Of a stretch of DNA of 64,000 nucleotides, positions 9,907 through 20,681 are shown piece by piece. The notes below the pieces were generated by a model, which searched no databases, was not told the DNA's origin, and worked only from the letters and a program-made list of their open reading frames with translations. The stretch comes from Gemmatimonadales bacterium (GTDB lineage Bacteria > Gemmatimonadota > Gemmatimonadetes > Gemmatimonadales > GWC2-71-9). The DNA is taken from contig JANRIU010000061.1 in the NCBI GenBank assembly GCA_033764615.1, positions 31,090-95,089 on the forward strand, in the 5' to 3' direction. How positions within the stretch are numbered: the stretch's first letter is position 1; each line of letters begins with the position of its first letter. The translations under genes and the position numbers were made by a program.

Positions 9907-11118
9907 TCAGGTCCGGGTGACGAGGCCGTCGGCGAGTGACGTACGATACGCACGCCACGCGGGCCACAGCCCCGCGAGCGTACCGGCGGCGACGATGGCG
10001 GCGAGCGTGGCCAGCGTGCGGAGGTCGGGCGCCGCGACGGCGAGTGGCACGCCGAACGCGCGCTCCACCGCGCCGCCCGCCGCCGCCGCTCCGAGGTAGA
10101 CGACGCCGAGTCCGGCCGCGCTGCCAAGCACCGACACGCAGCACGCCTCGAGCAGCAGCAGGGTGACGATGGTCGCGGGGCGCGCGCCCAGGGCGCGGAA
10201 GACGGCGAGCTCGCGGCGCCGGCCGTCCAGCGCGGTGAGGAGCGCGGCCAGCATGCCCAGCAGCGCGAGCAGCACCGCGGCGGCACCCAGCAGCTCGAGC
10301 GTCCGCTCGAAGACGCCGAGGTCGCGCCAGAACTGGGCGAGCACGAGGCCGGGGAGCGCCGCGGTGAGCGGCTCGGCGATGTCGCGCTCGAGCTCGGCCT
10401 TGAGGCGGAGCGCGTCGCGCCGCGCGCGGAGGCCGACGAGCAGCGCGCTCGCGGTGCCCGGCGCCACCGGTGCGCTGAGCCCGTCCTCATGCGCCTGGGC
10501 GAGGCCGTCGAGCGTGACGAGCACCGTGCGGTCGAGCGGCGTGCCCGTGGGCGCGAGTACGCCCGCCACGCGGAGCGGATGGCCCTCGTGCGCGGCGAGG
10601 TCGCTGTCGAGCAGGCCGTGGGCGAGCGTCAGCGTGTCGCCGACGCCGCGGCCGAGCGTGGCGGCGGCGGTGGCGCCGAGCACGGCGTCGCGCGGGCCGG
10701 CGAGGGTGTCGCCCGCTGTGAGGCGGAGCGTGCGGTCGCCGCGGTAGCGCCAGTGGCGCAGCAGCGCGGGCGTGGTGCCGAGGACGCGGAGGCCGCGCAC
10801 GTTGTCGCCGAGGGCGACGGGCGCGGTCCACGCCACGGCGGGATGCGCGGCGATCCGCGCCTGGGCGGCGGGCGAGAGCGTCCCCTGCGGCTGGCCGATG
10901 CCGTACACGGTGCCGAGCACGAGCGCCTGCGGCGCGCCGCGCGCGCCGACGACGAGGTCGGTGCCGCTCAGCGCGCCATCGAACGCGGCGCGCGCGCCGC
11001 GGCGCACGAGGTCCACCCCCGCGAGCATCGCGACGCCGAGCGCCACGGAGCAGATGGTGAGCGCGGTCGGCACGCGGCGGCTGCCGAGCGAGCGGAGCGC
11101 GAGCGTGACGAGCGTCAC
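9907..11118 (-). CDS. ABC transporter permease, FtsX-like
   Basis: GTG start at 11118 overlaps the ATPase stop (GTGA). N-terminus VTLVTLALRSLGSRRVPTALTICSVALGVAML. The C-terminal FtsX-type helices end ...WPAWRAYRTSLADGLVTRT. Confidence 0.8.
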   Translation of the reverse strand: MTLVTLALRSLGSRRVPTALTICSVALGVAMLAGVDLVRRGARAAFDGALSGTDLVVGARGAPQALVLGTVYGIGQPQGTLSPAAQARIAAHPAVAWTAPVALGDNVRGLRVLGTTPALLRHWRYRGDRTLRLTAGDTLAGPRDAVLGATAAATLGRGVGDTLTLAHGLLDSDLAAHEGHPLRVAGVLAPTGTPLDRTVLVTLDGLAQAHEDGLSAPVAPGTASALLVGLRARRDALRLKAELERDIAEPLTAALPGLVLAQFWRDLGVFERTLELLGAAAVLLALLGMLAALLTALDGRRRELAVFRALGARPATIVTLLLLEACCVSVLGSAAGLGVVYLGAAAAGGAVERAFGVPLAVAAPDLRTLATLAAIVAAGTLAGLWPAWRAYRTSLADGLVTRT

Positions 11119-11795
11119 GCGGCGGGGCGCGCGGCGAGCGCGAGGGTGGCGGTGAAGAGCGGCGCGAGCGCGCGGTCGTGGCTCACGAACACCACGGTGG
11201 CGCCGGCCGTGCCCGCGGCGGCGAAGAGCTGCGCGAGGAACGCCTCGCGCGCGTCGGCGTCGAGCGCGCTGGTCGGCTCGTCGCAGATGAGGAGCTCGGG
11301 CGCGCCGAGGAGCGCGCGCGCGGCGGCGACGCGCTGCTGCTGGCCGACCGAGAGCCGCGGCGCCGGCCGGTCGAGCACGTCGGCGATGCCGAGCGCCTCG
11401 GCGAGCGCGCGCGCGGCGGCCTCCGGGCTCGCGCCGCCGAGCCGCCGCCGGCGCGAGGCGTGCAGCGCGCACGGCAGCGTGATGTTCTCGAGCGCGGTGA
11501 GGTACGGCAGCAGGTTGAAGAGCTGGAAGACGTAGCCGACGTGCTCGGCCCGGAACGCGTCGCGCCCCGCGGGGCCCAGCGCGGCGAGGTCGCGCCCGAG
11601 GACGCGGAGCGTGCCCGCGGTGGGGACGAGCACGCCGGCGAGCAGGCCGAGCAGCGTCGTCTTCCCGCAGCCGCTCGGGCCCACCACGAAGAGCCGCTCG
11701 CCGCGCGCCACGGCGAGCGTGTCGAGCGAGAGGATGTCGCGGCCACCGGGGTAGGCGAAGCGGAGGCCCGCGGCCTCGATCGCCGCGTCGCTCAG
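11115..11795 (-). CDS. ABC transporter ATP-binding protein (non-canonical start)
   Basis: Walker A GPSGCGKTT, signature LSVGQQQRVAAARAL, Walker B LLICDEPTSALD. There is no in-frame ATG/GTG/TTG upstream of GTG 11711, which is too late. CTG 11795 overlaps the upstream TGA. Confidence 0.8.
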   Translation of the reverse strand: MSDAAIEAAGLRFAYPGGRDILSLDTLAVARGERLFVVGPSGCGKTTLLGLLAGVLVPTAGTLRVLGRDLAALGPAGRDAFRAEHVGYVFQLFNLLPYLTALENITLPCALHASRRRRLGGASPEAAARALAEALGIADVLDRPAPRLSVGQQQRVAAARALLGAPELLICDEPTSALDADAREAFLAQLFAAAGTAGATVVFVSHDRALAPLFTATLALAARPAA

Positions 11796-12304
11796 CGCGC
11801 GGCCTTGCCGTACGGCAGCAGCCGCACCGCCTGCAGGTCGTAGCCGACGAGGCCGTAGGGCGAGTCGCTCTCCGTGATCCTGAGCGTCCCCTCGATCGTC
11901 ACCGCCTGGAACAGGTCGAGGGCGACCGGCTTCCGGTCGGCCATCGTGACCATCACCATCTGGTTGGGCGGGGGCGGCGGCGTGTGGATGCACGCGCCGT
12001 AGTACGGCACCAGCAGGAACTCGTTCCCCTCGCGCAGCCCGTCGTCGAGCGGCACGATGAAGCCGGGGATGCGGACCACCTGGCCGTTGAGCTTGCGCAG
12101 CGTGTCGCTCGGCGTGCCCGTCGCGATGTCGAGCCCGGCGAGGAGGCGCCAGGTGAGGGTGGGCGGCTCGCCGTTGGCGAGCCGGGCGGACGGGCGGACA
12201 GGCGGGCTGGCGGACGGGGTGGTCGACGGCGGTGCCCACGCGTGCAGCCGGGCATGGGGTATCGACGTCAAGGCGAGGAGGAGCAGGACGCAGGCATCGC
12301 GCAT
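11792..12304 (-). CDS. DUF3299-type secreted protein
   Basis: ATG 12304 gives MRDACVLLLLALTS. Core motif FLLVPYYGACIHTPPPPPNQMVMV. A family A repeat arm encodes the linker SPPVRPSARL. Confidence 0.75.
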   Translation of the reverse strand: MRDACVLLLLALTSIPHARLHAWAPPSTTPSASPPVRPSARLANGEPPTLTWRLLAGLDIATGTPSDTLRKLNGQVVRIPGFIVPLDDGLREGNEFLLVPYYGACIHTPPPPPNQMVMVTMADRKPVALDLFQAVTIEGTLRITESDSPYGLVGYDLQAVRLLPYGKAAR

Positions 12305-12341
12305 CGACCGGTCCGCCCGTCCGCTCGACCGCCCGTCCGCC
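12184..12341. repeat. Family A inverted repeat flanking a start codon and signal peptide
   Basis: Arms at 12184-12218 (ggcggacgggcggacaggcgggctggcggacgggg) and 12310-12341 (gtccgcccgtccgctcgaccgcccgtccgcc) bracket the DUF3299 ATG (12304) and its signal-peptide codons. Confidence 0.65.
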
Positions 12342-12342
12342 T

Positions 12343-12609
12343 TCATCCCACCGGCCCCTCGCCCTGCACCACCTGCTGCTCCCCCTGGAACAGGAAGCGG
12401 TCCATGTTCTCGAAGAGGAACTGCTTCGACTTGGGCTCGCGCAGGTTGAGGCCGTAGTGGTTGATCAGCTGCTGCTGCAGCCGCAGCCACTCGCCCCAGC
12501 AGGCGGAGCAGATCTCGCGGTAGGCGCGCGCGCCGAGGTCGTTCTGGAAGGGCTGGAACGCGAGCCGCTGCCCCTCGCTGGCGCAGCGGACGCACATCAC
12601 GGTGCTCAT
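12343..12609 (-). CDS. yggX: Fe(2+)-trafficking / oxidative-damage protection protein YggX
   Basis: 88 aa, MSTVMCVRCASEGQRLAFQPFQNDLGARAYREICSACWGEWLRLQQQLINHYGLNL...FLFQGE. It aligns by eye with E. coli YggX. Confidence 0.8.
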   Translation of the reverse strand: MSTVMCVRCASEGQRLAFQPFQNDLGARAYREICSACWGEWLRLQQQLINHYGLNLREPKSKQFLFENMDRFLFQGEQQVVQGEGPVG

Positions 12610-12647
12610 GGCGCGAAACGTAGCCGCCGCGCCGGGGGCGGGGTAGG

Positions 12648-12950
12648 TTAGCGAAGCAGGGGGCGCGACACGATCTCGCCGCGCGCCACGGCGCGCGCGC
12701 CGCTCGCCGTGCCCAGGCCGCACGCGATGCCGAAGGTGATCGCCGTGCCCACCGAGACCAGCGGCAGCGCCGCCACGGGCCACGCGACGAGGAAGGCGCC
12801 GAGCCCCGCGATCCACGGCGCCAGCGGCGAGCGGATCGCATCGACGAAGCGCAGGCGCGTCCGCACGAACGTGCGCGACAGGTTGAAGCCGGCGAGCCCG
12901 GCGGCGACGGTGAGAGCGAAGGCGCCGAGCGCCGCGATGGTACCGAACAT
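12648..12950 (-). CDS. Small membrane protein, unknown function
   Basis: ATG 12950 gives MFGTIAALGAFALTVAAGLAGF. It has three hydrophobic segments and I recognised no family. Confidence 0.5.
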   Translation of the reverse strand: MFGTIAALGAFALTVAAGLAGFNLSRTFVRTRLRFVDAIRSPLAPWIAGLGAFLVAWPVAALPLVSVGTAITFGIACGLGTASGARAVARGEIVSRPLLR

Positions 12951-13018
12951 GCAGGCCCTCCAGGAACGGGTCCATGTTCCACTACGGAACAGGACGCCCC
13001 CCGGATTCACGAGGAGCG

Positions 13019-13447
13019 ATGGCGAAGCATCCGACGGTGGTGGTGCCCAACATCGGTCCGATGGACCACGCCTGGGACCTGCTCGGCGAGTGGCACGCCG
13101 AGTTCGAGCCGGCGGAGGGGGACAAGGTCCTCAAGGCGACGATCGTCTTCGAGGACTGGGCGAGCGGGCGCGCCGACCTGGATCCCGGCGAGGCGCGCGA
13201 CGCCGGCCTCCCCCTCACCATCGGCCTCGAGCGCACGAGCGACGTGCACCTCACCGAGGCCGGCGGGGGCGCGCTGCAGTGGGCGCTCTCGTCGCCGCAC
13301 GTGGAGTGGACCGTGCAGGCGATCCTCTGGCCCGGCGCGCTCAACCTGTTCGTCTACGACGCGCAGGACGAGGAGCAGGAGCTCTTCCGCGCGCGCGCCC
13401 AGCGGTCGCGGGAGTACTACGCGCGGAAGTATCCGGGCGAGGTGTAG
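13019..13447 (+). CDS. Hypothetical protein
   Basis: ATG 13019 is preceded by gaggag. The composition is coding-like (MAKHPTVVVPNIGPMDHAWDLLGEWHAEFEPAEGDK...). I recognised no domain. Confidence 0.5.
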   Translation: MAKHPTVVVPNIGPMDHAWDLLGEWHAEFEPAEGDKVLKATIVFEDWASGRADLDPGEARDAGLPLTIGLERTSDVHLTEAGGGALQWALSSPHVEWTVQAILWPGALNLFVYDAQDEEQELFRARAQRSREYYARKYPGEV

Positions 13448-13506
13448 GGCGTCAGGGGGTCGAGGGTCGCGCGTCCCGACTCGCGACGCTCGATGTGCGA
13501 CCGCTC

Positions 13507-14502
13507 CTACCACCGCACCACGCAGCTCCCCCACATGAACCCCGAGCCGAACGCGGTCAGCACCAGCAGCTGGCCGGGCTGCACGCGGCCGCTGCGGACG
13601 CACTCATCCAGCGCGATCGGGATGGTGCCGGCGGTGGTGTTGCCGTAGCGCATGATGTTGTTGTAGACCTGCCCCTCCGAGAGCCCCAGGCGGCGCGCCA
13701 CCATCTCGGAGATGCGGAGGTTGGCCTGGTGGGGTATCAGCAGGTCGATCTCGGTGGGCTGGTGGCCGGCCTTCGCGAGGGCGGCGAGCGTCGACTCGGG
13801 CATGCGCGAGACGGCGTGCTTGAACACCTCCTGCCCCTCCATCTGCAGGAAGCCGCCGCCGGCGGCGAGGCGATCCTCGGGCATGCGCGGGTGGTACATC
13901 GCGCCCGGGATGTCGACCCAGAGCTTCTCGGCGTGCGCGCCCTCGCTGTGCAGGTCGAACGCGAGGAGGCCGCGGCCGGGCTCGTCGCTCGCGCCGAGGA
14001 TGGCGGCACCCGCGCCGTCGGCGAAGATGACGGCGGTGTTGCGTCCGGCGGTGGAGACGTCCATGCCGGTCGACTGCAGCTCCTGGCCCACGACGAGGAC
14101 GCGCCGGTACAGCCCGACGCGGATCCACGCGTCGGCCACCGAGAGCGCGTAGACGAAGCCGGCGCACTGCGCGCGGATGTCAAGCGCGGGGATCGTGTCG
14201 ACGCCGAGCATGCGCTGCAGGAAGACGCCGTTGCCGGGGGCGAAGTGGTCGGGCGAGCTCGTGGCGTAGACGATGGCGTCGAGGTCGCCGGCGTCGAGCT
14301 TCGCCATCTCGAGCGCATGGCGCGTCGCCTGCAGGCCGAGGCCGGCGCCGGTCTCGCCGGGCACGCACCAGCGGCGCTCCTCGATGCCGGTGCGCTGGCG
14401 GATCCACTCGTCGCTGGTGTCCATCACCTGCGCGAGGTCATCGTTGGTGACGATACGGTCGGGCAGGGCGCGACCGGTGCCGAGGAACACGGACGAGGGC
14501 AT
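13507..14502 (-). CDS. fabH: 3-oxoacyl-ACP synthase III
   Basis: MPSSVFLGTGRALPDRIVTNDDL..., active-site region AQCAGFVYAL, HQANLRI, GNTTAGTIPIAL. Confidence 0.9.
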   Translation of the reverse strand: MPSSVFLGTGRALPDRIVTNDDLAQVMDTSDEWIRQRTGIEERRWCVPGETGAGLGLQATRHALEMAKLDAGDLDAIVYATSSPDHFAPGNGVFLQRMLGVDTIPALDIRAQCAGFVYALSVADAWIRVGLYRRVLVVGQELQSTGMDVSTAGRNTAVIFADGAGAAILGASDEPGRGLLAFDLHSEGAHAEKLWVDIPGAMYHPRMPEDRLAAGGGFLQMEGQEVFKHAVSRMPESTLAALAKAGHQPTEIDLLIPHQANLRISEMVARRLGLSEGQVYNNIMRYGNTTAGTIPIALDECVRSGRVQPGQLLVLTAFGSGFMWGSCVVRW

Positions 14503-14567
14503 GGGAGGGATGGATGAAAGGGCCGCAAAGCTGGGGGCAGGGGGGCGGGGGGGCAAGGGGGGCCAGC

Positions 14568-14675
14568 GGGACGGACGGGCGGTCGGGCGGTCAGGCGGAC
14601 TGGGGGCGCGTCGTGCGGGCGGCCATCGTGCTGCTGGTGCTCCAGTCCGCCGGTCCGCCGGTCCGCCCGCCCGCC
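14568..14675. repeat. Family A inverted repeat enclosing a start codon
   Basis: G arm 14568-14601 (gcgggacggacgggcggtcgggcggtcaggcggac) and C arm 14644-14675 (agtccgccggtccgccggtccgcccgcccgcc). The loop contains GTG 14613. Confidence 0.65.
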
Positions 14676-15305
14676 CCGCTGGCAGCGCAGCTGCCGGCGG
14701 CCGACCGCCCCATCGCCACCATCGTCTCCCCCGAGTGGAGCGACGAGGCCACGCGCGACCGCCAGCGCGAGGCGGCCACCGTGCTCGACCTCCTCGGCGT
14801 CCGCCCCGGCGTGCGCGTCGCCGACCTGGGCGCCGGGCTCGGCTACTACGCGGTGCGCGTCGCGCGCCGCGTCGGGAAGGAGACGCCGGTGTATGCGGAG
14901 GACATCCTGCCGGAGTACCTCGACCGGCTGCGGGCGCGCGTGCGGAAGGAGGGGCTCGCGCAGGTGCAGGTGATCGCGGGGACGCCGGACGACCCGCGGC
15001 TCCCCGCGGCGTCGCTGGACGTGGCGATCCTCTCGCATGTGTACCACGAGATCAGCGAGCCGTACCGCTTCCTGTGGAACCTGGCGCCGGCGTTCGCGGG
15101 GGGCGGGCGCCTCGCGATCCTCGACATGGACCGCCCGACGCAGTGGCACGGCACGCCGCCGGCGCGGCTGCGGTGCGAGCTGGCGGCGGTGGGGTATCGC
15201 GAGGTGTCGTTCCGGGACCTGGCACCGGCCGACGGCTACCTCGCGGTGTTCGAGGCGCCGGCGGAGCGGCCGGCGGCGGGAAGCATCAGGGGGTGCCGGG
15301 GCTGA
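14613..15305 (+). CDS. Class I SAM-dependent methyltransferase with N-terminal hydrophobic segment
   Basis: VADLGAGLGYYAVRVARRV is a SAM-binding motif I. GTG 14613 gives VRAAIVLLVLQ. The ATG at 14514 would add Gly-rich, repeat-derived residues. Confidence 0.7.
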   Translation: MRAAIVLLVLQSAGPPVRPPAPLAAQLPAADRPIATIVSPEWSDEATRDRQREAATVLDLLGVRPGVRVADLGAGLGYYAVRVARRVGKETPVYAEDILPEYLDRLRARVRKEGLAQVQVIAGTPDDPRLPAASLDVAILSHVYHEISEPYRFLWNLAPAFAGGGRLAILDMDRPTQWHGTPPARLRCELAAVGYREVSFRDLAPADGYLAVFEAPAERPAAGSIRGCRG

Positions 15306-15318
15306 CCCCGGCACCCCC
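15289..15318. terminator. Perfect 13-bp hairpin between convergent genes
   Basis: gggggtgccgggg (15289-15301) / ccccggcaccccc (15306-15318). The loop ctga contains the methyltransferase stop codon. There is no T tract. Confidence 0.5.
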
Positions 15319-15346
15319 TGTCCGCGTCCGCATCCGTGCCCGTCGC

Positions 15347-16558
15347 CTACTCGTACCGCAGCGCGACGATCGGGTCGAGCTTCGCGGCCTTCTGCGCGGG
15401 CAGCAGGCCGAAGATGATGCCGACCGCGGCGCTGAAGCCGAACGACACCGCGACGGCCACCGGACTCACGAACGTGTTCCACTTCATGAAGCTCGAGACG
15501 GCGTAGCTCAGCCCCGTGCCGAGCAGGATGCCGACCGCGCCGCCGGTGATGCAGAGCACCATGCTCTCCACGAGGAACTGGAGCATGATGTTCACCTTCG
15601 TGGCGCCGAGCGCCTTGCGGATGCCGATCTCCTTGGTGCGCTCGGTGACCGACACCAGCATGATGTTCATGATGCCGATGCCGCCGACGATGAGCGACAC
15701 GCCGGCGATCGACAGCAGGAGCGCGCCGAGGATCTTCGTCGCCGCCTCCTGCGTGGCGAGGATGTCCTTCGGGTTGCGGATGGAGAAGTCGTTCTCGCCG
15801 CCGGGGCGGATCTTGTGCTCGCGGCGGAGGATCCGCTCCATGTCCACCATCCCCTGCTCGACCGGGATGCCGTCGCGCACCTGGATGCCGATGGTGCGGA
15901 GGCGGTCGGTGCCCATGACGCGGTAGCGCGCGGTGTTGAGCGGGATGAGGATCTGCTCGTCGGGGTTCTGCCATCCCTGCGAGCCCTTCGGCTGGAAGAC
16001 GCCGATCACCTCGAAGGGCACGCCGCGGATGGAGATCTGGGTGCCGATGAGCGCGGCGGGGTTGGCGCCGAGCTGCTCGGGCACCGAGGAGCCGAGCACG
16101 GCGTAGCGCTGGCGCGCGGCGTCCTCGCCGGCGGTGAACATGCGGCCGTGCGCCAGCGTGTAGTTGCGCACCTCGTCGAAGTTGGCCGTCGCGCCGAGGA
16201 TGGAGACGTTCAGGTTCTTGTTGAGGTACTTCACCTGCGCGTTGGTCGACATCTCGGGGACGACGCCGGCGAGGAGCGTGCCGTCCTTCTGGAGGGCGGC
16301 GGCGTCGTCGACGGTGAGGGCGACGCGGTTGTCGCTGGCGACGCCCATGCGGAAGCTCTGGCCCGGGACGACGCTGAACACGTTGGCGCCGAGGGAGTTG
16401 ATCTGCGCCTCGACGGCGCGCTGGGCGCCGGTGCCGAGCGCCACCATCGTGATGACGGCGGCGACGCCGATGATGATGCCGAGCGTGGTGAGCAGCGCGC
16501 GCAGCTTGTTGGCGCGGATGCTGGAGAACGCGACGCGGAACGTCTCGCCGAACTGCAT
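15347..16558 (-). CDS. MacB-type ABC permease (FtsX domain)
   Basis: ATG 16558 gives [40 protein letters not shown]. It has a large periplasmic domain and a C-terminal four-helix FtsX region ending VALRYE. Confidence 0.85.
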   Translation of the reverse strand: MQFGETFRVAFSSIRANKLRALLTTLGIIIGVAAVITMVALGTGAQRAVEAQINSLGANVFSVVPGQSFRMGVASDNRVALTVDDAAALQKDGTLLAGVVPEMSTNAQVKYLNKNLNVSILGATANFDEVRNYTLAHGRMFTAGEDAARQRYAVLGSSVPEQLGANPAALIGTQISIRGVPFEVIGVFQPKGSQGWQNPDEQILIPLNTARYRVMGTDRLRTIGIQVRDGIPVEQGMVDMERILRREHKIRPGGENDFSIRNPKDILATQEAATKILGALLLSIAGVSLIVGGIGIMNIMLVSVTERTKEIGIRKALGATKVNIMLQFLVESMVLCITGGAVGILLGTGLSYAVSSFMKWNTFVSPVAVAVSFGFSAAVGIIFGLLPAQKAAKLDPIVALRYE

Positions 16559-16560
16559 GG

Positions 16561-18143
16561 TCAGCGCCCTCCCGTCGCGGGCCGGGCGCCGCCGCCCTGG
16601 CCGCCGGCGCCACCGCCCTGCTGGCGCATGCCGGCCGGCATGCCGCCGCCGGTCATCTGGCTGATGCGGTTCTTGAACTCCTGCTGGCTCTGCACGAGGC
16701 TCGCGCTCGGCAGCACCATGACCGAGTCGCCCTCGGCGAGGCCCGTGACCACCTCGGCGTAGTCGAGGTCGGTGAGGCCGGTGCGGATGTTGACCGCCTC
16801 GGGCGCGGGACCGCGCTTGGCGAAGACGATGTACGCGCCGCCGCCGACGGTGCTCCCCTGCGCCTTCTCGCGCCCGCCGCGGCCGCCCGCGCCACCGCGC
16901 CCGCCGCGGAGGTCGCCGTTCAGCGCGCGGAGCGCGTTGAGGATCTTCCGGTCGTCCTCCGACGGCCCCTCGCCCGAGCGGAACTTGGCGAAGATGGCGT
17001 TCACCTGCGCCTCCTTCACGCCCGGCGGCAGCTTCATCACGCGGCCGTCGCTCGTCGTCATCGTGGGGCCCGAGGGCGCGGCGCCACCCGGCGGCGTGGC
17101 ACCGAGGGAGACGGAGCGCGTGCCGGCGGTGTCGCCGCCGGCGGTCGGGCCCTGCGGGGCGGGGGCGCCCCGCGCGAGCTGCTGCTCCACGCTCGCCATG
17201 TCGAGCCCGAGCACCTGCGCCGCCGAGGCGACGTCGCGCCGGGTGCGGAGCGCGGAGGTCGGCACGGCGAGCACGCCCTCGCGGCGGCCGACGGCGATCT
17301 CCACGTCGCAGTTCATCCCCGGCAGCAGCAGCCCGTCCGGGTTCGGGATGCGGATCCGCACCGGGTACATCGTCACGTTCTGGATCGTGGTGTCGTTCGG
17401 CTCGATCTTGAGGACCGTGCCGCGGAACGGCTTGTTCGGGTACGCGTCGACCGTCACGGTCGCCTCGAGGCCCGGCTTCACCTTGCCGATGTCGGTCTCG
17501 TCCACGTAGGTGATCGTCTGCACGAGCGAGAGGTCGGCCATGCGGAGCAGCACGGTGCCGCCGCCGACGTTCTGCGTGGCGGAGGCGATCATCTGCCCGC
17601 GCTCGACCGCCTTCTCGATGACGGTGCCGTTGCCGGAGGCACGGACGTCGGTGTCCTCCAGCGCGATCTTCGCGTTCTCCAGCGCCACGCGCGCGCTCAC
17701 CACCGCGGCCTTCGCGTTGGCGAAGGTGAGCAGCGCCGACTCGTTCTCCTGCTGCGTGATCGTCTGGGCCTTGAGCAGCTCGTCGGAGCGCTTCTTCTGG
17801 CTCTCGGCGATGGAGAGCTGCGCCTGCGCGACCTCGAGCTGGGCGGTCGCCTGCTCGACGTTGTTGCGCGGCGTGCGCGGGTCGATGCGCAGGAGCAGCT
17901 GGCCGCGCTTCACCTGCTGGCCGCTCTCCACGCCGATCTCCAGCACCTCGCCGGACGCGCGCGACTTCACCTCGACGATCGTGTCGGGGACGATGCGGCC
18001 CGAGGCCTGCGCGGAGACGACGATGTCGCGGCGCTCGACGGCGACGGCCTGGTAGACGACCGGCGGCGCCTCCTTCTTGCACGCGGCGGCGACCGCCAGC
18101 AGGGCGGGCAGGGCGGCGAGCGGGCGGCGGATGCGGAACGGGG

Positions 18144-18147
<4 letters not shown>
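16561..18147 (-). CDS. HlyD/MacA-type periplasmic adaptor lipoprotein with Gly/Pro-rich insert
   Basis: GTG start overlaps the ATPase stop (GTGA). Lipobox LLAVAAAC. Lipoyl-like hairpin [12 protein letters not shown] and a coiled coil. There is a low-complexity insert and a Gly-rich tail. Confidence 0.85.
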
Positions 18148-18913
<766 letters not shown>

Positions 18914-18917
<4 letters not shown>

Positions 18918-20272
18918 AGGGACCTCCCGAGCAGGGCCTCGAGCTGCGCCTTCGCGCGCAGGAAGTCGAAGCGGGCGTTGACCTCGTTCACTTCGGCGGT
19001 CGTGAGCGCCTCCTGGCTGGTCAGCACGTCCAGAATGGTGGAGGCACCCAGGCGGTACCGCTCCTGCTGCACGCGCAGGTCCTCGCGCGCGGCCTCGACG
19101 TTCGCGCCGGTGATCGCGACGCGCTCGCTCGCGGCCTCGGCCTGCGCGAGCTGCGCGGCGAGGTTCGCGCGCACCGCGCGCCGCGCGTCCGCCGCCTGCG
19201 CGGACGCCACGTCGGCCGCGGTGCGGTTGACCGCGATCTGCTGCTCGCGCTGGAACCGGTTGAACAGCGGCCACGTGAACTGGAGCGTGAACTGCCGCTG
19301 GTTGAAGAGCTGGTAGTCGTTCAGCCGGCTGTTCCCGTTCCACGAGGTGTTCCCCGTGAGCTGCAGCGTCGGCCAGTACTGCGAGCGCGACGCGGTGAGC
19401 TGCGCCTCGGCGGCGCGCACGTTCGCCTCGGCCGTCAGCACCTGCGGCGCCGACTCCACCGCGCCCGCCACGAAGCGCTCCAGCTCCTCGGGGCTCGGCA
19501 CGCGGTAGTACGCCGAGTCGTCGGCGGCCTTCACCGGCGCGTCCGCGCCGACGAGCTGGCCGAGGATCGCCTCGGCGCCGGCGAGGTTGGCGGTGGCGAC
19601 GGCGCGGTCGGAGCGCGCGGTGCCGAGCTGCACGGTGGCGCGGAGCGAGTCGGAGCGCGTCGCGGAGCCGGCGCGGAGCCGCGCCACGGCGGCGCGCACC
19701 TGCTCGTCCGCGCGCGAGACCGACGCCGCCCGCACGCGGAGCAGCTGCTCCGCCGCGAGCGCCGCGAAGAACTGGTTGGTCGTCTGGAGGCGCGCCTGGA
19801 AGCGCGCGTTGAGCAGCGACGCCTCGGACGCGCTCGCCTGCGCGCCGGCCGCGCGCGTGTTGGCGCCGCGCTGGAAGCCGGTGAACAGCAGCAGCGAGGC
19901 GTTGACGCCGACGTTCACCGAGGTGAGCGAGCTGCCCGCCACCACGGGCACGCCGGTGATCGGGTCGGGGCGCGCGTTCTCGGAGAAGAGGTTGCCGAGC
20001 GACGAGTTGGCGTTCACGTTCGGGAGCCACTGGCCGAACGCGGCGCGCTTCGCGGCGTCGGCGTTGAGCAGCGACGCCCGCGCCTGCGCGATCCCCGGCT
20101 GCACCTTCTCGGTGCGCGCGAGCGCCTCGGCGAGCGTGACGGTGGGCGCGGCGCCGCCGGCGTCTGGCGCCCACGCCGGCGCGGCGCGGAGCGTCGCCCC
20201 CTGCGCGTGGAGCGACGGGGCGGCGGCGAGCAGCAGGAGCGCGGCGATGCCGCGCCGTTCACCGCCCGTCAC
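18914..20272 (-). CDS. TolC-family outer-membrane efflux protein
   Basis: GTG start and signal peptide [24 protein letters not shown]. The sequence is two-fold repeated and helical, typical of OEP proteins. Its operon position is next to MacAB genes. Confidence 0.85.
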
Positions 20273-20681
20273 GCGCCACGCCCGTGGTGTCGCGCGCCAC
20301 GGCGGCCGCGCGGGCGCGCGCGCGCTCCGCGTCGTCGCGCGCGAGGAGCGCCTCGTACTGCTTCAGCTGCACCGGCGAGAGCTGCACGCGGATCTCGGCG
20401 CGGATGCGCTGGCGCACCGCGGTCATCTTCGGGCGCACCTCGTCCCAGACGCGCTCCATCTCGGGGGCATGGCGGTCGAGCACGGCCTTCACCGAGTCGC
20501 GCTGGCCCGCGCTCAGGTCGAGCGCGCCGGTCAGGCGCTGCAGGTAGTAGTCGGGCCCGCGACCCGGCGCGACCGGCGCCTTGCGGCCGTCCGCCATCGC
20601 CATGCCGGCCGCCCCGGTCAGCACCCCCACGCCGAACGCCACGCCCAGCAGCGCCAGCGCCTTGCCCCGCGTCCCCTTCAT
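20259..20681 (-). CDS. Periplasmic Spy/CpxP-like (LTXXQ) protein
   Basis: N-terminal anchor or signal GKALALLGVAFGVGVLTGAAG. Two LTXXQ-like motifs (LSAGQ, LSPVQ). Confidence 0.6.
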   Translation of the reverse strand: MKGTRGKALALLGVAFGVGVLTGAAGMAMADGRKAPVAPGRGPDYYLQRLTGALDLSAGQRDSVKAVLDRHAPEMERVWDEVRPKMTAVRQRIRAEIRVQLSPVQLKQYEALLARDDAERARARAAAVARDTTGVARDGR

